From a bacterium (GTDB lineage: Bacteria > Patescibacteriota > Microgenomatia > CAZETR01 > Amesbacteraceae): 53,707 nt of DNA. Below are positions 27,863 to 36,880 of the stretch, piece after piece (the first letter of the stretch is position 1; every line of letters begins with the position of its first letter). The notes beneath the pieces were generated by a model, which saw only the letters and a list, made by a program, of their open reading frames with translations, searched no databases and was not told the DNA's origin. The stretch spans positions 1 through 53,707 of the forward strand of contig JAUSIY010000044.1 in assembly GCA_030647735.1 (NCBI GenBank), read 5' to 3'. The position numbers and the translations under genes are program-made.

Positions 27863-30205
27863 CTACAGCTTAGACCTCTCGGCAATTTCTGCTTCTACTA
27901 ACCTGACGTCGCGACCATATTTAAGCCGCGATAGTTGTTTGATGGCTTCCGCCAGCTGAGGATTATGCAGTTTTCTTTGCGCCTCCAAATCTTTGGTCAC
28001 ATCCATACTAAACGATGGCACTGGTTCATTATTGACTATAGTTTTGATATACACGTGATATTTTTCAATGTTTAAGATATCTGCTTCATTAAAGGTGGGT
28101 GAAAATTCATGTTGGAGGTAACCGGCATCAGAAACGCCCGTTCTGAAAGTCATTAGGGTACCCACATTGCCAAAAATAGCGTTTTTGACATCCTCCTCCA
28201 TCTGGCCGATGAACTGGTTGGCCACAATCAAATTCAGTTTGTATTTCCGAGCCTCGGAGAGAATAGTGGCAAAGTCGGGCATGGCAAAGTTTTGAAACTC
28301 GTCCACATACAGATAGAACGGCTTACGTTGAGCCTCGGGAATGTCTGCCCGACTCATGGCAGCCATAAGTAATTGGGGAACCAGGATCATGCCCAAAAAA
28401 TTACTGTTTTCTTCGCCCAACTTACCTTTAGATAGGTTAACAATTAAAATCTTGCTTTCGTCCATCACCTGCCGGAAACTGAAAGCCGACTGGCTTTGGC
28501 CAATGATATTCCTAATTTGACGGTTAGTGACGAACCGACCAAACTTGGACACAATGTAGTCCAACACTTCTGATTTGTGAAAGTCGCTGGTCTGAGCAAT
28601 CTGGTCAGTCCAGAATCGTCTCACAATTTGGTCCGTTACCCGGGGCAACAATTCCTGAACAAACTCAGACCGCTGCAGCGCCTGTACCACTTCCACAAAC
28701 GTTCCTCCCGGGATGGCTTCCAACACCGTCAGAATGGCATTACGGATGGAATGCTCGAACCGGGGGCCGATGATACCGGTTTTGTGCGGGTCGTAGAGCT
28801 TGTACATCATGCCGATAATGTAGCTACATACATAATGTCTCTGCTGTTCTGTCTTGGCCTCAATCATATTCAGACCCATGGGCCGATCGGGGTCAGAAGG
28901 TTCAAAATAGATCACGTCCTCCGCCCGCTCGGGAGGAATGTAACCCAATATTTCTTCGGCCAGATCGTGGGGGTCTAAAATTGCGACTCCTCTACCAGCC
29001 CTGATATCCTGCAAAATCATGGTTTTCATTAGTTCCGTCTTGCCGGTACCGGTCCGGCCGATAATGTACATATGTCGCTCGCGGTCCTCGTCCCGGATAT
29101 ACACCGGCCGGGTGATTCCCCGGTAGACACTTTTGCCCAAAAATAGTCCAGAGTCAGGAATCCCCAAGGGGGCGGGGGCCCGCTTGGAGTTGAGCCAAAA
29201 AATGTGCGGGGTTTCAATAGTTTTATTAGGAAAATGATACAGAGTGGCTAGCTCTTCAGAGTTAAGAATAGTTTTGGCCCCCCACCACACCATGGGTTGA
29301 TAGCGGTAAATAAAGTCCACCATGAAGGCTCCTTTTAAACGCATCTTTTTGCCCTTAAGGCCATTTAATTCTCCGTTAAATTGCTCAAACGCCGCCTTGA
29401 GATTGGCCAAATGAGATTTGGCGGTGTCTTTGTTAGGCGACACCGCCACTATTCTGATGGTGGTTTCAAAGCCGTTTTTAGAAGTCTTGTTGTCTACTGC
29501 TTCCAAGGTTTTAGGATCAACTTTGTAGGAGGCTTTTTCCGGATCGGATTCTGCTTTTTTAGTTTTACCTATCCAAGCCCGTCCTTTACTTTTCCAGCTA
29601 TTATCAGCCGGAGCAATGAGGATCTGAATATGGGCTCCTTCACCCTCCCCCATTTTGGCCAGGGCCGAGGTCAGACTGGCCATAGGATCCACCGCAATGT
29701 TTTTGTATATCTGGATCGGGTTGTACACCGCGTTGCGCATGACCAGCCAGGAAAATTCCACAGCCCCGGTTTCGGTAAAAATGTTAGGTTCATCGACCAC
29801 TAGAATATCTGCCCCCGGATAGGATCCGTGAATTGATTTTTCTACCAAGTCCCTGATTTTTTCCGGAACTACAATGTAAAAACGAATATCTTCTTTGCGG
29901 GCTACTATTTCAAAACTGACATGGGGTTGGCTCTGCAAAAAAGTGAACCAGCCGAAAGGTCCTTTACTGCCTTTTTTAATAGAATACAAACTGGCAAAGA
30001 CCTGTTCCATGGCGTCAGTTTTAATTTCATTGTCCCTGGGCACGCCTACTTGAATACACACCATCTGCAGACTCTTTTCCTCCCGATCTTTATGTCGGTA
30101 CCAGGCCACCCATAGATACCCCAAGCCGAACAAAAAGACAAACAAAATTCCGGCCACTAACATGAGCGCCATTAATTCATATGCCAGAAGGAATGGATCA
30201 AGCAC
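27863..30205 (-). CDS. VirD4/TraD-like type IV coupling-protein-family P-loop ATPase, membrane anchored
   Basis: N-terminal TM helix, Walker A IIGRTGTGKTELM, Walker B FYLYVDEFQNFA, and KYKLNLIVANQ typical of the TraD/TrwB/VirD4 (T4SS-DNA_transf) family. Confidence 0.7.
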   Translation of the reverse strand: MLDPFLLAYELMALMLVAGILFVFLFGLGYLWVAWYRHKDREEKSLQMVCIQVGVPRDNEIKTDAMEQVFASLYSIKKGSKGPFGWFTFLQSQPHVSFEIVARKEDIRFYIVVPEKIRDLVEKSIHGSYPGADILVVDEPNIFTETGAVEFSWLVMRNAVYNPIQIYKNIAVDPMASLTSALAKMGEGEGAHIQILIAPADNSWKSKGRAWIGKTKKAESDPEKASYKVDPKTLEAVDNKTSKNGFETTIRIVAVSPNKDTAKSHLANLKAAFEQFNGELNGLKGKKMRLKGAFMVDFIYRYQPMVWWGAKTILNSEELATLYHFPNKTIETPHIFWLNSKRAPAPLGIPDSGLFLGKSVYRGITRPVYIRDEDRERHMYIIGRTGTGKTELMKTMILQDIRAGRGVAILDPHDLAEEILGYIPPERAEDVIYFEPSDPDRPMGLNMIEAKTEQQRHYVCSYIIGMMYKLYDPHKTGIIGPRFEHSIRNAILTVLEAIPGGTFVEVVQALQRSEFVQELLPRVTDQIVRRFWTDQIAQTSDFHKSEVLDYIVSKFGRFVTNRQIRNIIGQSQSAFSFRQVMDESKILIVNLSKGKLGEENSNFLGMILVPQLLMAAMSRADIPEAQRKPFYLYVDEFQNFAMPDFATILSEARKYKLNLIVANQFIGQMEEDVKNAIFGNVGTLMTFRTGVSDAGYLQHEFSPTFNEADILNIEKYHVYIKTIVNNEPVPSFSMDVTKDLEAQRKLHNPQLAEAIKQLSRLKYGRDVRLVEAEIAERSKL

Positions 30206-30680
30206 GTTTTAATGATAGCATCTTCAGTTGCCTATGGCACCATACTGCCAGCCAGCGAATAGATTCCCAGACTTTGCGGTGTAGTCCTTGTTGAATCTGG
30301 TCATTAGTCAAAGGAACTTTAATCTGAGATTGCTGGGGGTTAGCATTCACCATTCCCACTTGTTTCACAAAATCGTCAGCTAAAGCCTGGTTTAATTCCG
30401 GCTCTTTCTCTACTCTCTCTACATATCCTGCTACCTCCGGTTTAACTTCCGGAAGTTCCGGAATTTCGTTTACTTCCTTTATCTCAGCTTTGGCAGTTAG
30501 TTGAACTAAGTCTTCTTTTTTCCATTGGGCAGACAGGACTTCCAGCCGTTCTTTGAAACTCCCTCCGGCATTATAGGCCGCCTGATAATCGTTCTGCTTC
30601 TCTTCAAATTCTTCGACTGTATCTCCAAGAGTGGGGGTAGGATTTTTGGTTAACTGGTTCAAGTCCTGGGCAGGATCCAT
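30198..30680 (-). CDS. hypothetical acidic protein (160 aa) co-transcribed with the VirD4-like ATPase
   Basis: Intact ORF overlapping the ATPase start by 8 nt, with a PE-rich acidic repeat region (EIPELPEVKPEVAGYVERVEKEPE). No family recognised. Confidence 0.5.
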   Translation of the reverse strand: MDPAQDLNQLTKNPTPTLGDTVEEFEEKQNDYQAAYNAGGSFKERLEVLSAQWKKEDLVQLTAKAEIKEVNEIPELPEVKPEVAGYVERVEKEPELNQALADDFVKQVGMVNANPQQSQIKVPLTNDQIQQGLHRKVWESIRWLAVWCHRQLKMLSLKRA

Positions 30681-30697
30681 AATGTATATGTTATCAT

Positions 30698-30940
30698 GTG
30701 CCCATGGTTGAGAGAGACGACTCTAATGTTGATGGGTATCTAAGAATTTTACTTGGACTTCTGGAGGCAAACTTAAAGACATCTGAAAACATTTTGGGTT
30801 TGTTTGATGAAGTTCTCCATGCCCAAACGCCGGTAGAATTGGATTCTTTTGAACAACGCCTTGAAATTGAGAAAAGGGTCGGTAACGAACTTGGAGCTAT
30901 TTACGATAGAATTGCCCCGCCACAACTATCTGTGCAGTAA
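30698..30940 (+). CDS. hypothetical helical protein (80 aa), uncertain
   Basis: The only ORF in a 261-nt gap. Its composition is amphipathic-helix-like and no homology is recognised. Confidence 0.35.
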   Translation: MPMVERDDSNVDGYLRILLGLLEANLKTSENILGLFDEVLHAQTPVELDSFEQRLEIEKRVGNELGAIYDRIAPPQLSVQ

Positions 30941-30941
30941 T

Positions 30942-31484
30942 TCATTTCCACACTTCTTCCTCAATCCCCGCTTTAAAGTTTGTCCACCGAGCCAGAGTAA
31001 ACAAAGCATCAGATAATCTGTTGAGATACTTCAATATGTGAATTGAATTTCTGGGTTTGGGAAAATTTTTATCCAAGAACAAAGTGGCTACTTCCCGCTC
31101 TGCCCGCCGGGCCACAGATCTGGTTACTTGTAACCATCCAACAGGATAAATAAAGTTGGCTAATTTGGGTAACTCTCTAGTTAACTTATCTATCAGCTTT
31201 TCTAAATTTCTGGTTTCAGTAGCCGTTATAGTCAATCCACTACCGGCTAAACTAGATCCAATGATTAACAGGTTTTTTTGGACACTTTTTAACTGGTCGT
31301 CTAATGCTGTGTGATGACGAGATACGCCAATCCAGGAATTAAGTTCGTCGATTGCACCCAATGCTATGGCCAACTGGTCACTTTTGCTTATTCGACCATG
31401 GAAAGTACTGGTCGTCCCCCGGTCTCCAGTTTTGGTATAAATTTTCTTCTCCCCCAATTGCTTGAAATGGTCAGCTGATTTCAT
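30942..31484 (-). CDS. PduO-type ATP:cob(I)alamin adenosyltransferase
   Basis: KIYTKTGDRGTTSTFHGRISKSDQLAIALGAIDELNSWIG matches the MMAB/PduO N-terminal signature. Confidence 0.85.
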   Translation of the reverse strand: MKSADHFKQLGEKKIYTKTGDRGTTSTFHGRISKSDQLAIALGAIDELNSWIGVSRHHTALDDQLKSVQKNLLIIGSSLAGSGLTITATETRNLEKLIDKLTRELPKLANFIYPVGWLQVTRSVARRAEREVATLFLDKNFPKPRNSIHILKYLNRLSDALFTLARWTNFKAGIEEEVWK

Positions 31485-31487
31485 TCT

Positions 31488-32465
31488 TTATTTGCGAATG
31501 TTGAAAATTACTTTTGACCCGTCTCGGGAAAGGCCCACAGGCATTTCCCTCAATCCGTTCATGGCTTTTCTGACTTTCTCCCGCCTACTTGTCGGCACAA
31601 ACAAAGTCAGAAAACCACCCCCGCCGGCTCCAGAAATCTTCCCACCGATGGCCCCGGCTTTTTTGGCTGCCTGATAAAGAGTATCAATTTCACTGTCCGA
31701 GATTTTACTAGCCAATTGTTTCTTCAGTTGCCAGCCTTCATCTAACAAATGGCCCAGTTGCACTAGTTTTCCTTTCAATAGCAATTCTTTACCCTCTCTG
31801 GCTTGCTGAGCCATTTCCACCAAAATTTTGTTCTTTTTGTTAATGTTGGCTTTTTGCTCCTGCAAAACTGCAGCCGCCTGACGAGTTTTGCCGGTAAAAA
31901 ACACCATTAGGTAGCTTTTGAGATCATCCAGCTGCTCTTCACCCAGACCCAATTGTTCCACATTAATTTCTCCTCCCTTTTTAAATTCGATGAAGTTTAC
32001 TCCTCCGTAGGCGGCAATGTATTGATCCTGCACCCCGATGGGTTTTTTCAAGATATTAATCTCAATATCACAAGCGTGCTGGGCTAATTGCTCCGCAGTT
32101 ACCGCCAGTCCTTGCTGTTGATACAAGGCATTGAGAACTCCTACAGTAACGGAACTAGAAGAACCCAATCCTGAACCGGCAGCAGGAACATCTGATAAAA
32201 AGGTTATCTCTATTCCCTGTTTGACCCCGGTTTCCCGTAAGGCCTCCCGAACCAGTTCGTGTTGTAAATCTTCTACCCGATCAACCACCTCTTTAACAGA
32301 GTAGTTAACGTAAATCTGCTTATCAAATCTTTCTTTAACAATACAGTACACATATTTATCAATGGCAGTAGTCAGTACCCCACCCCCATATTGGCGATAA
32401 AAATCAGGAAAGTCTGTGCCTCCGCCTAGGAAAGAAATACGCAGTGGTGTTTGGGTGATAATCAT
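31488..32465 (-). CDS. GHMP-family sugar kinase (D-glycero-D-manno-heptose-7-phosphate kinase-like)
   Basis: TPLRISFLGGGTDFPDFY N-terminus and GHMP motif II PAAGSGLGSSSSV. Confidence 0.8.
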   Translation of the reverse strand: MIITQTPLRISFLGGGTDFPDFYRQYGGGVLTTAIDKYVYCIVKERFDKQIYVNYSVKEVVDRVEDLQHELVREALRETGVKQGIEITFLSDVPAAGSGLGSSSSVTVGVLNALYQQQGLAVTAEQLAQHACDIEINILKKPIGVQDQYIAAYGGVNFIEFKKGGEINVEQLGLGEEQLDDLKSYLMVFFTGKTRQAAAVLQEQKANINKKNKILVEMAQQAREGKELLLKGKLVQLGHLLDEGWQLKKQLASKISDSEIDTLYQAAKKAGAIGGKISGAGGGGFLTLFVPTSRREKVRKAMNGLREMPVGLSRDGSKVIFNIRK

Positions 32466-32482
32466 GCGCCAATTGTATCACT

Positions 32483-32635
32483 CTACTCACAGCAGGGATC
32501 TTTAAAACCACAGTTGGTGCACACTGCGTCTTTGCTTCCGGCTACCACTCCAATGGGATATCCGCATTGAGGACAAGGTTGGGTTTCAGCATTCGCTGTA
32601 ACCACAGGAGTGGCATTTTTTGCATCCTTCTTCAT
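32483..32635 (-). CDS. candidate 50-aa zinc-ribbon mini-protein overlapping the nrdJ 3' end (below the ORF-track cutoff)
   Basis: Hand translation gives MKKDAKNATPVVTANAETQPCPQCGYPIGVVAGSKDAVCTNCGFKDPCCE. The motif is CPxC-x14-CxxC. The ATG is at 32635, in the +1 frame relative to nrdJ. No SD is visible. Confidence 0.25.
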   Translation of the reverse strand: MKKDAKNATPVVTANAETQPCPQCGYPIGVVAGSKDAVCTNCGFKDPCCE

Positions 32636-35084
32636 ATACAAAAGCCGCCTCACCGCAACTGGGACACAAATCTGCTTTTCTCTTTAACGGTAAGGCAGAT
32701 TGGGTGCTGTTAGTTGGAGGGCTGGCTATTTCCAGTTGAGTGGGAATGGCTTCCGGCAATTTTTCCTGATATCCCAACAGACCAAAATGCAAACCCAAAG
32801 CCTTAGCCACGGCGTCCGGTAAACTGCGTATCTTGTTGGGACCAAAACCTACCGACCGGCTCCCGCCAATACCCTCTAATTGTTCAATTATTTGTTTGGC
32901 TCTTTCTTTAGCCGGGTAGTGATTACCAAATCTCAGTGTTGTAGAAATCATTCTGCCCAAAGCATCTGCCATAGCCGATACTTCTGATCCTGCCTTACCA
33001 ATGATCAGAAAGACTTCAAAAGGATTGCCATCTTGATCGTGGTTAACCGTAATATATGCATTACCCATCGGGGTAGCAATTTTATAGGTAGCTCCTTCGA
33101 CCTTAATTGGCCGGGGTTTAATTACTCCTGAAGCAGGCAGATCAGCGGGCGTCTCTTTAGGCTGTTCAGCTTTAGATCCTAGATTGAGCACTTGATCACC
33201 CTTACAGCCATCCCGAAAAACTGTGATCCCCTGACAGCCCGACTCCCAAGCTAATGCGTAAGCCCGTTTAATGTCGTCCCTAGTGGCATTGTGGTGCAAA
33301 TTAATCGTTTTACTAACTGCATTGTCAGTATACTTTTGGTACGCGGCCTGCATTCTGACGTGCCAATCAGGATGAATCTCATGAGCAGTGCCGAAAACGG
33401 CCCGCACATCAGGAGGAATCTCTTCCATCTCCCGCACCATACCCGCCTCTGCCACCTTGGCCATCAACTCCTCTGTGTAAAAGTCCCTCTCTTTGGCTAT
33501 TTGTTCAAAGGCTTCATTGACGTAGGCCATTTCCCGGTTTTCGGTTTTAACAATATGGCGGTAGGCAATGGCAAACAAGGGCTCCACTCCGCTGGACGAG
33601 TGAGCCAGGACGCTAATTGATCCGGTGGGGGCAATTGTTGTGACGGTGCTGTTCCTGATAGGTTTGTCTTTAGCATAGATGCTTTGCTTCCACAGAGGGA
33701 ACGGCCCCCTTTCAACTGCCAGCTGCTGAGAAGCTAGGTGGCCTTCATTGTTTATAAATTGCATTACTTTTTCGGCCAGCTGCAGGGCTTCTTCGCTGTC
33801 ATAAGCAATCCCCAGCTGCACCAGCATATCGGCCCATCCGCCGACCCCCAAACCGATGCGACGAATTTGATTTACTGTCACTTTAATTTGCTCCAGAGGA
33901 AAGGGATTCATTTCTATAACTGAATCTAAAAGCCTGACTGCAGAATGGGTTATCTGGCGCAATTTTTCCCAATCCACTTGTCTATCTTTGACGAAGTGAC
34001 CTAAGAAGATGCTACCTAAATTGCAGGCATCAAAAGGATACAACGGTTGTTCGCCACAGGGATTGGTACTTTCAATTTCCCATCCCTTGATCCGAATTGG
34101 ATTACCTGATCCTTGATTCATCCGGTCTAAAAAGATGAGTCCCGGATCTCCTGTCCGCCAAGCCCCGTCGGCAATCTCTTCCCACACTTTGCGGGCTGAC
34201 AATCTGCTGGTAACTTCTTTAGTGTGCGGAGCTACCAAGTCGTATTCTCCATCAGCAGCCAAAGCCGCCATGAATTTATCTGTTACACCTACGGAAATAT
34301 TAAAGTTGGTCAGCCCCCCCGCATCTTTACAGTGAATAAATTCCATAATGTCGGGGTGGTCCACCCGCAAGATGCCCATATTTGCTCCCCGACGATTACC
34401 TCCTTGTTTAATTTGCTGAGTAGCTTCATTGTAGACCCGCATGAACGACACCGGACCACTCGCTACTCCCATGGTTGAGCCCACCCGGCTTCCTGCCGGA
34501 CGCAATCGGCTGAAGGCAAACCCAGTTCCCCCACCGCTTTGATGAATCAGGCCCTGCCATTTCACTCCGTCAAATATTCCGGTCAGATCATCAGGAACTG
34601 GAATCACGTAGCAAGCACTGTATTGCAGACCGTTATCTTTACCGGCGTTCATCAAAGTAGGTGAATTGGGTAAGAACCAGCGGTGTAACATCATCCGGTA
34701 ATATTCCTTAGCATATTCAATCGCCTGCTGTCGGGTTTTACCGAACTTCACTTCGCATCTAGCCACTTCCCAGGCTACCCGCCAACACATCTCTTCTACT
34801 GTCTCGATAACTTTTCCCTGTTTATCTTTCAAAAAGTATCTTTCGTTCAATACCCGCAATGATTGAGATGACCAGGAAACTGCGGTTATATCGCTAGGAA
34901 CCGCCGGTTTAGGTCCAGCCAGCTTCTCAACTAAATTAGTCATCTGGTCATACGCCAGCTCAGACCAATTAATCTTTGTAGGATCCAGTTTGGCATGGCC
35001 GTTGGTCCGATGACTGTTAATTGGTCGGCTGGTTTTGCTCTTTTGAGCAGAACCGGGAATAGGTTGTAATTGTAGTTTGGGCAT
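32586..35084 (-). CDS. nrdJ: class II (adenosylcobalamin-dependent) ribonucleotide reductase
   Basis: Motifs NPCGEQPLYPFDACNLGSI, TIAPTGSISVLA and a C-terminal CxxC...CxxCxxC zinc ribbon. At 832 aa there is no intein-sized insertion. Confidence 0.92.
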   Translation of the reverse strand: MPKLQLQPIPGSAQKSKTSRPINSHRTNGHAKLDPTKINWSELAYDQMTNLVEKLAGPKPAVPSDITAVSWSSQSLRVLNERYFLKDKQGKVIETVEEMCWRVAWEVARCEVKFGKTRQQAIEYAKEYYRMMLHRWFLPNSPTLMNAGKDNGLQYSACYVIPVPDDLTGIFDGVKWQGLIHQSGGGTGFAFSRLRPAGSRVGSTMGVASGPVSFMRVYNEATQQIKQGGNRRGANMGILRVDHPDIMEFIHCKDAGGLTNFNISVGVTDKFMAALAADGEYDLVAPHTKEVTSRLSARKVWEEIADGAWRTGDPGLIFLDRMNQGSGNPIRIKGWEIESTNPCGEQPLYPFDACNLGSIFLGHFVKDRQVDWEKLRQITHSAVRLLDSVIEMNPFPLEQIKVTVNQIRRIGLGVGGWADMLVQLGIAYDSEEALQLAEKVMQFINNEGHLASQQLAVERGPFPLWKQSIYAKDKPIRNSTVTTIAPTGSISVLAHSSSGVEPLFAIAYRHIVKTENREMAYVNEAFEQIAKERDFYTEELMAKVAEAGMVREMEEIPPDVRAVFGTAHEIHPDWHVRMQAAYQKYTDNAVSKTINLHHNATRDDIKRAYALAWESGCQGITVFRDGCKGDQVLNLGSKAEQPKETPADLPASGVIKPRPIKVEGATYKIATPMGNAYITVNHDQDGNPFEVFLIIGKAGSEVSAMADALGRMISTTLRFGNHYPAKERAKQIIEQLEGIGGSRSVGFGPNKIRSLPDAVAKALGLHFGLLGYQEKLPEAIPTQLEIASPPTNSTQSALPLKRKADLCPSCGEAAFVYEEGCKKCHSCGYSEC

Positions 35085-35085
35085 A

Positions 35086-35535
35086 TTAGGCGCTAATTTT
35101 TTCGATTAGTTTTTCAAATTCTGCAACGTCGTTGAGCTCAAAGTATACACTGGCAAATCTGAGCCAAGTCACCTTATCAATATTTTTTAAGCGTTTGAGA
35201 ACCATTTTGCCGACGGCTTTGGAGGAAATCTCGCTGACTTCTTTGCGGCGGACTTCCCGTTCGACTTCATCGGCTAACTGGCGGATAAGATCAATTGAAA
35301 CTGGCCGCTTGTCAAATGACTTAATAGTTCCAGTAACGATCTTTTCGCGGTCAAAAGGCTGTCGGGATCCGTCACGTTTGACCACAAATAAGGTCGGGCC
35401 TTCTACCCGTTCCCAAGTAGTAAACCGTTTGGAACATTTCTGACATTCTCGCCTGCGGCGCAACGACGAGCCGTCTTCAGCTACCCGGGACTCTAATACC
35501 GAAGTCTCAGAGTGGCCACAAAAGGGACATTGCAT
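35086..35535 (-). CDS. nrdR: transcriptional repressor NrdR
   Basis: MQCPFCGHSETSVLESR...CQKC zinc ribbon followed by an ATP-cone domain. Confidence 0.92.
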   Translation of the reverse strand: MQCPFCGHSETSVLESRVAEDGSSLRRRRECQKCSKRFTTWERVEGPTLFVVKRDGSRQPFDREKIVTGTIKSFDKRPVSIDLIRQLADEVEREVRRKEVSEISSKAVGKMVLKRLKNIDKVTWLRFASVYFELNDVAEFEKLIEKISA

Positions 35536-35545
35536 AATTTAAGGT

Positions 35546-35580
35546 GCTAGATGTAGCGGTATCAGCTAACATAGAACACT
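35546..35580 (-). promoter_or_regulatory. candidate NrdR-box-like palindromes overlapping a putative nrdR promoter
   Basis: Minus-strand GCTACATCTAGC (35557-35546) and CTATGTTAG (35574-35566). The latter overlaps a possible TTGACC-17-TATGTT promoter. The match to the NrdR consensus acaCwAtATaTwGtgt is only partial. Confidence 0.25.
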
Positions 35581-35649
35581 AAATAACCGGGGTCAACTAC
35601 TAACTTGTGTATCAAAAACTATCACAGCCTCAACTGGGAAATTATGCGG

Positions 35650-36315
35650 TTATTCTCTCAAAGCCTGAGCAACTATTTCCTGCAAAACAGTGTTTAATTT
35701 AAGTGTCCCCTCGATTGCTTGGCTGTCAGCCCCACTAGTTAGAGGCAATAAACCCCGCAATAATTCTCCGTGTTTTTGTGAAGATTTGTCCAAGGTAAGC
35801 AGCAAACTCTTTACATCTTGGCCGGACCGAGTAAGTTCAGCTACCCGATTAACCGATTTTTCTAAATATTTCTCTGCCTTAGTTGCAGTAGTCACTCCTA
35901 AACTGACCTTTCCTCCTTCAATTAAGACCTTGGCCGCGTTAATACGCTTATCAGCAAATTGTAAATCCAATTCAGCTTTTTTGACTGAATTAAAAGCCAG
36001 CCAGTATTTGGTCCAGTCCCTGAGAACTTTGATCTTATACAAGGGGTTATCCGGCAAAACCCCGGGATAAGGTAAGTAGTATTCCACTATCACTTTTTCC
36101 GCACTAGCGGTGGCCGCTTCTTGCGGGAATACCGATTGCGGATTGGCCACTGACAAGATGGACATCAGTAGCACTGCTAACCCAAACAGCACGGCTGCTG
36201 AACAACCAATTAGCGCGTTCTTTAGACTGCCCCATGCCCATGTTATGGATGAATAATTGTCCTTGTCCGGGGCACTTTCTCTACTTTCGGATAATTTTTG
36301 GTCACCTATATCCAT
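35650..36315 (-). CDS. membrane-anchored DUF5667-like protein
   Basis: TM helix followed by YYLPYPGVLPDNPLYKIKVLRDW and a helical repeat region. It resembles the DUF5667 family common in CPR and Firmicutes. Confidence 0.5.
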   Translation of the reverse strand: MDIGDQKLSESRESAPDKDNYSSITWAWGSLKNALIGCSAAVLFGLAVLLMSILSVANPQSVFPQEAATASAEKVIVEYYLPYPGVLPDNPLYKIKVLRDWTKYWLAFNSVKKAELDLQFADKRINAAKVLIEGGKVSLGVTTATKAEKYLEKSVNRVAELTRSGQDVKSLLLTLDKSSQKHGELLRGLLPLTSGADSQAIEGTLKLNTVLQEIVAQALRE

Positions 36316-36365
36316 GTGTTAGTTGCTAGTATGCCACAATGTGTCAAATCAAGCAAACTAGGGGG

Positions 36366-36860
36366 TTACACCAATCTGGATTGGGTAGCACAGCCAGCCA
36401 AGGCTGCCTCCATAGTACTGGCCATTTCCCCAATCAACTGTTTTGCTTCGGCTAAAGTAATGAAGCGGTGCAATCCAGCAAAATAATGAAAGATGCGATT
36501 TCGGGCTCTTTTCCAAACGTCCCACATTTGGCCAGGCAATTGCTCTCCGTGACACTTGTCGACTAAATCAATATACACCCAATCCCACTGATATCTTTTA
36601 GGCAAGTTAGGATTCAGTGACTTCCCCACCCTGAATCTGTCCCCCTCGTATTGCCGCTTGTTAATTAGACCCAGGTCAAAAAACAGCTTTTTTAAAAATC
36701 CCTCATAGGCCTTGGCCATGGGAAAAACTATAAAGCTGTAGTCGTGCAAATCTCCCCCGCCTTTTTCTTCCCGCTCCATGAGTAGGTAGCTTTCTTTCAC
36801 CAAATCCCGCATCGGTTCTTCCAAATACTTCCACCAATTAGTATTTTGATAGTCGTTCAC
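36366..36860 (-). CDS. hypothetical protein with HEPN-like Rx4H motif
   Basis: 164-aa helical protein. WKRARNRIFHYF contains R120-N-x-x-x-H125 near the C-terminus, as in HEPN RNases. The start codon is GTG. Confidence 0.45.
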   Translation of the reverse strand: MNDYQNTNWWKYLEEPMRDLVKESYLLMEREEKGGGDLHDYSFIVFPMAKAYEGFLKKLFFDLGLINKRQYEGDRFRVGKSLNPNLPKRYQWDWVYIDLVDKCHGEQLPGQMWDVWKRARNRIFHYFAGLHRFITLAEAKQLIGEMASTMEAALAGCATQSRLV

Positions 36861-36880
36861 ACCCTATTTATACACCCACA

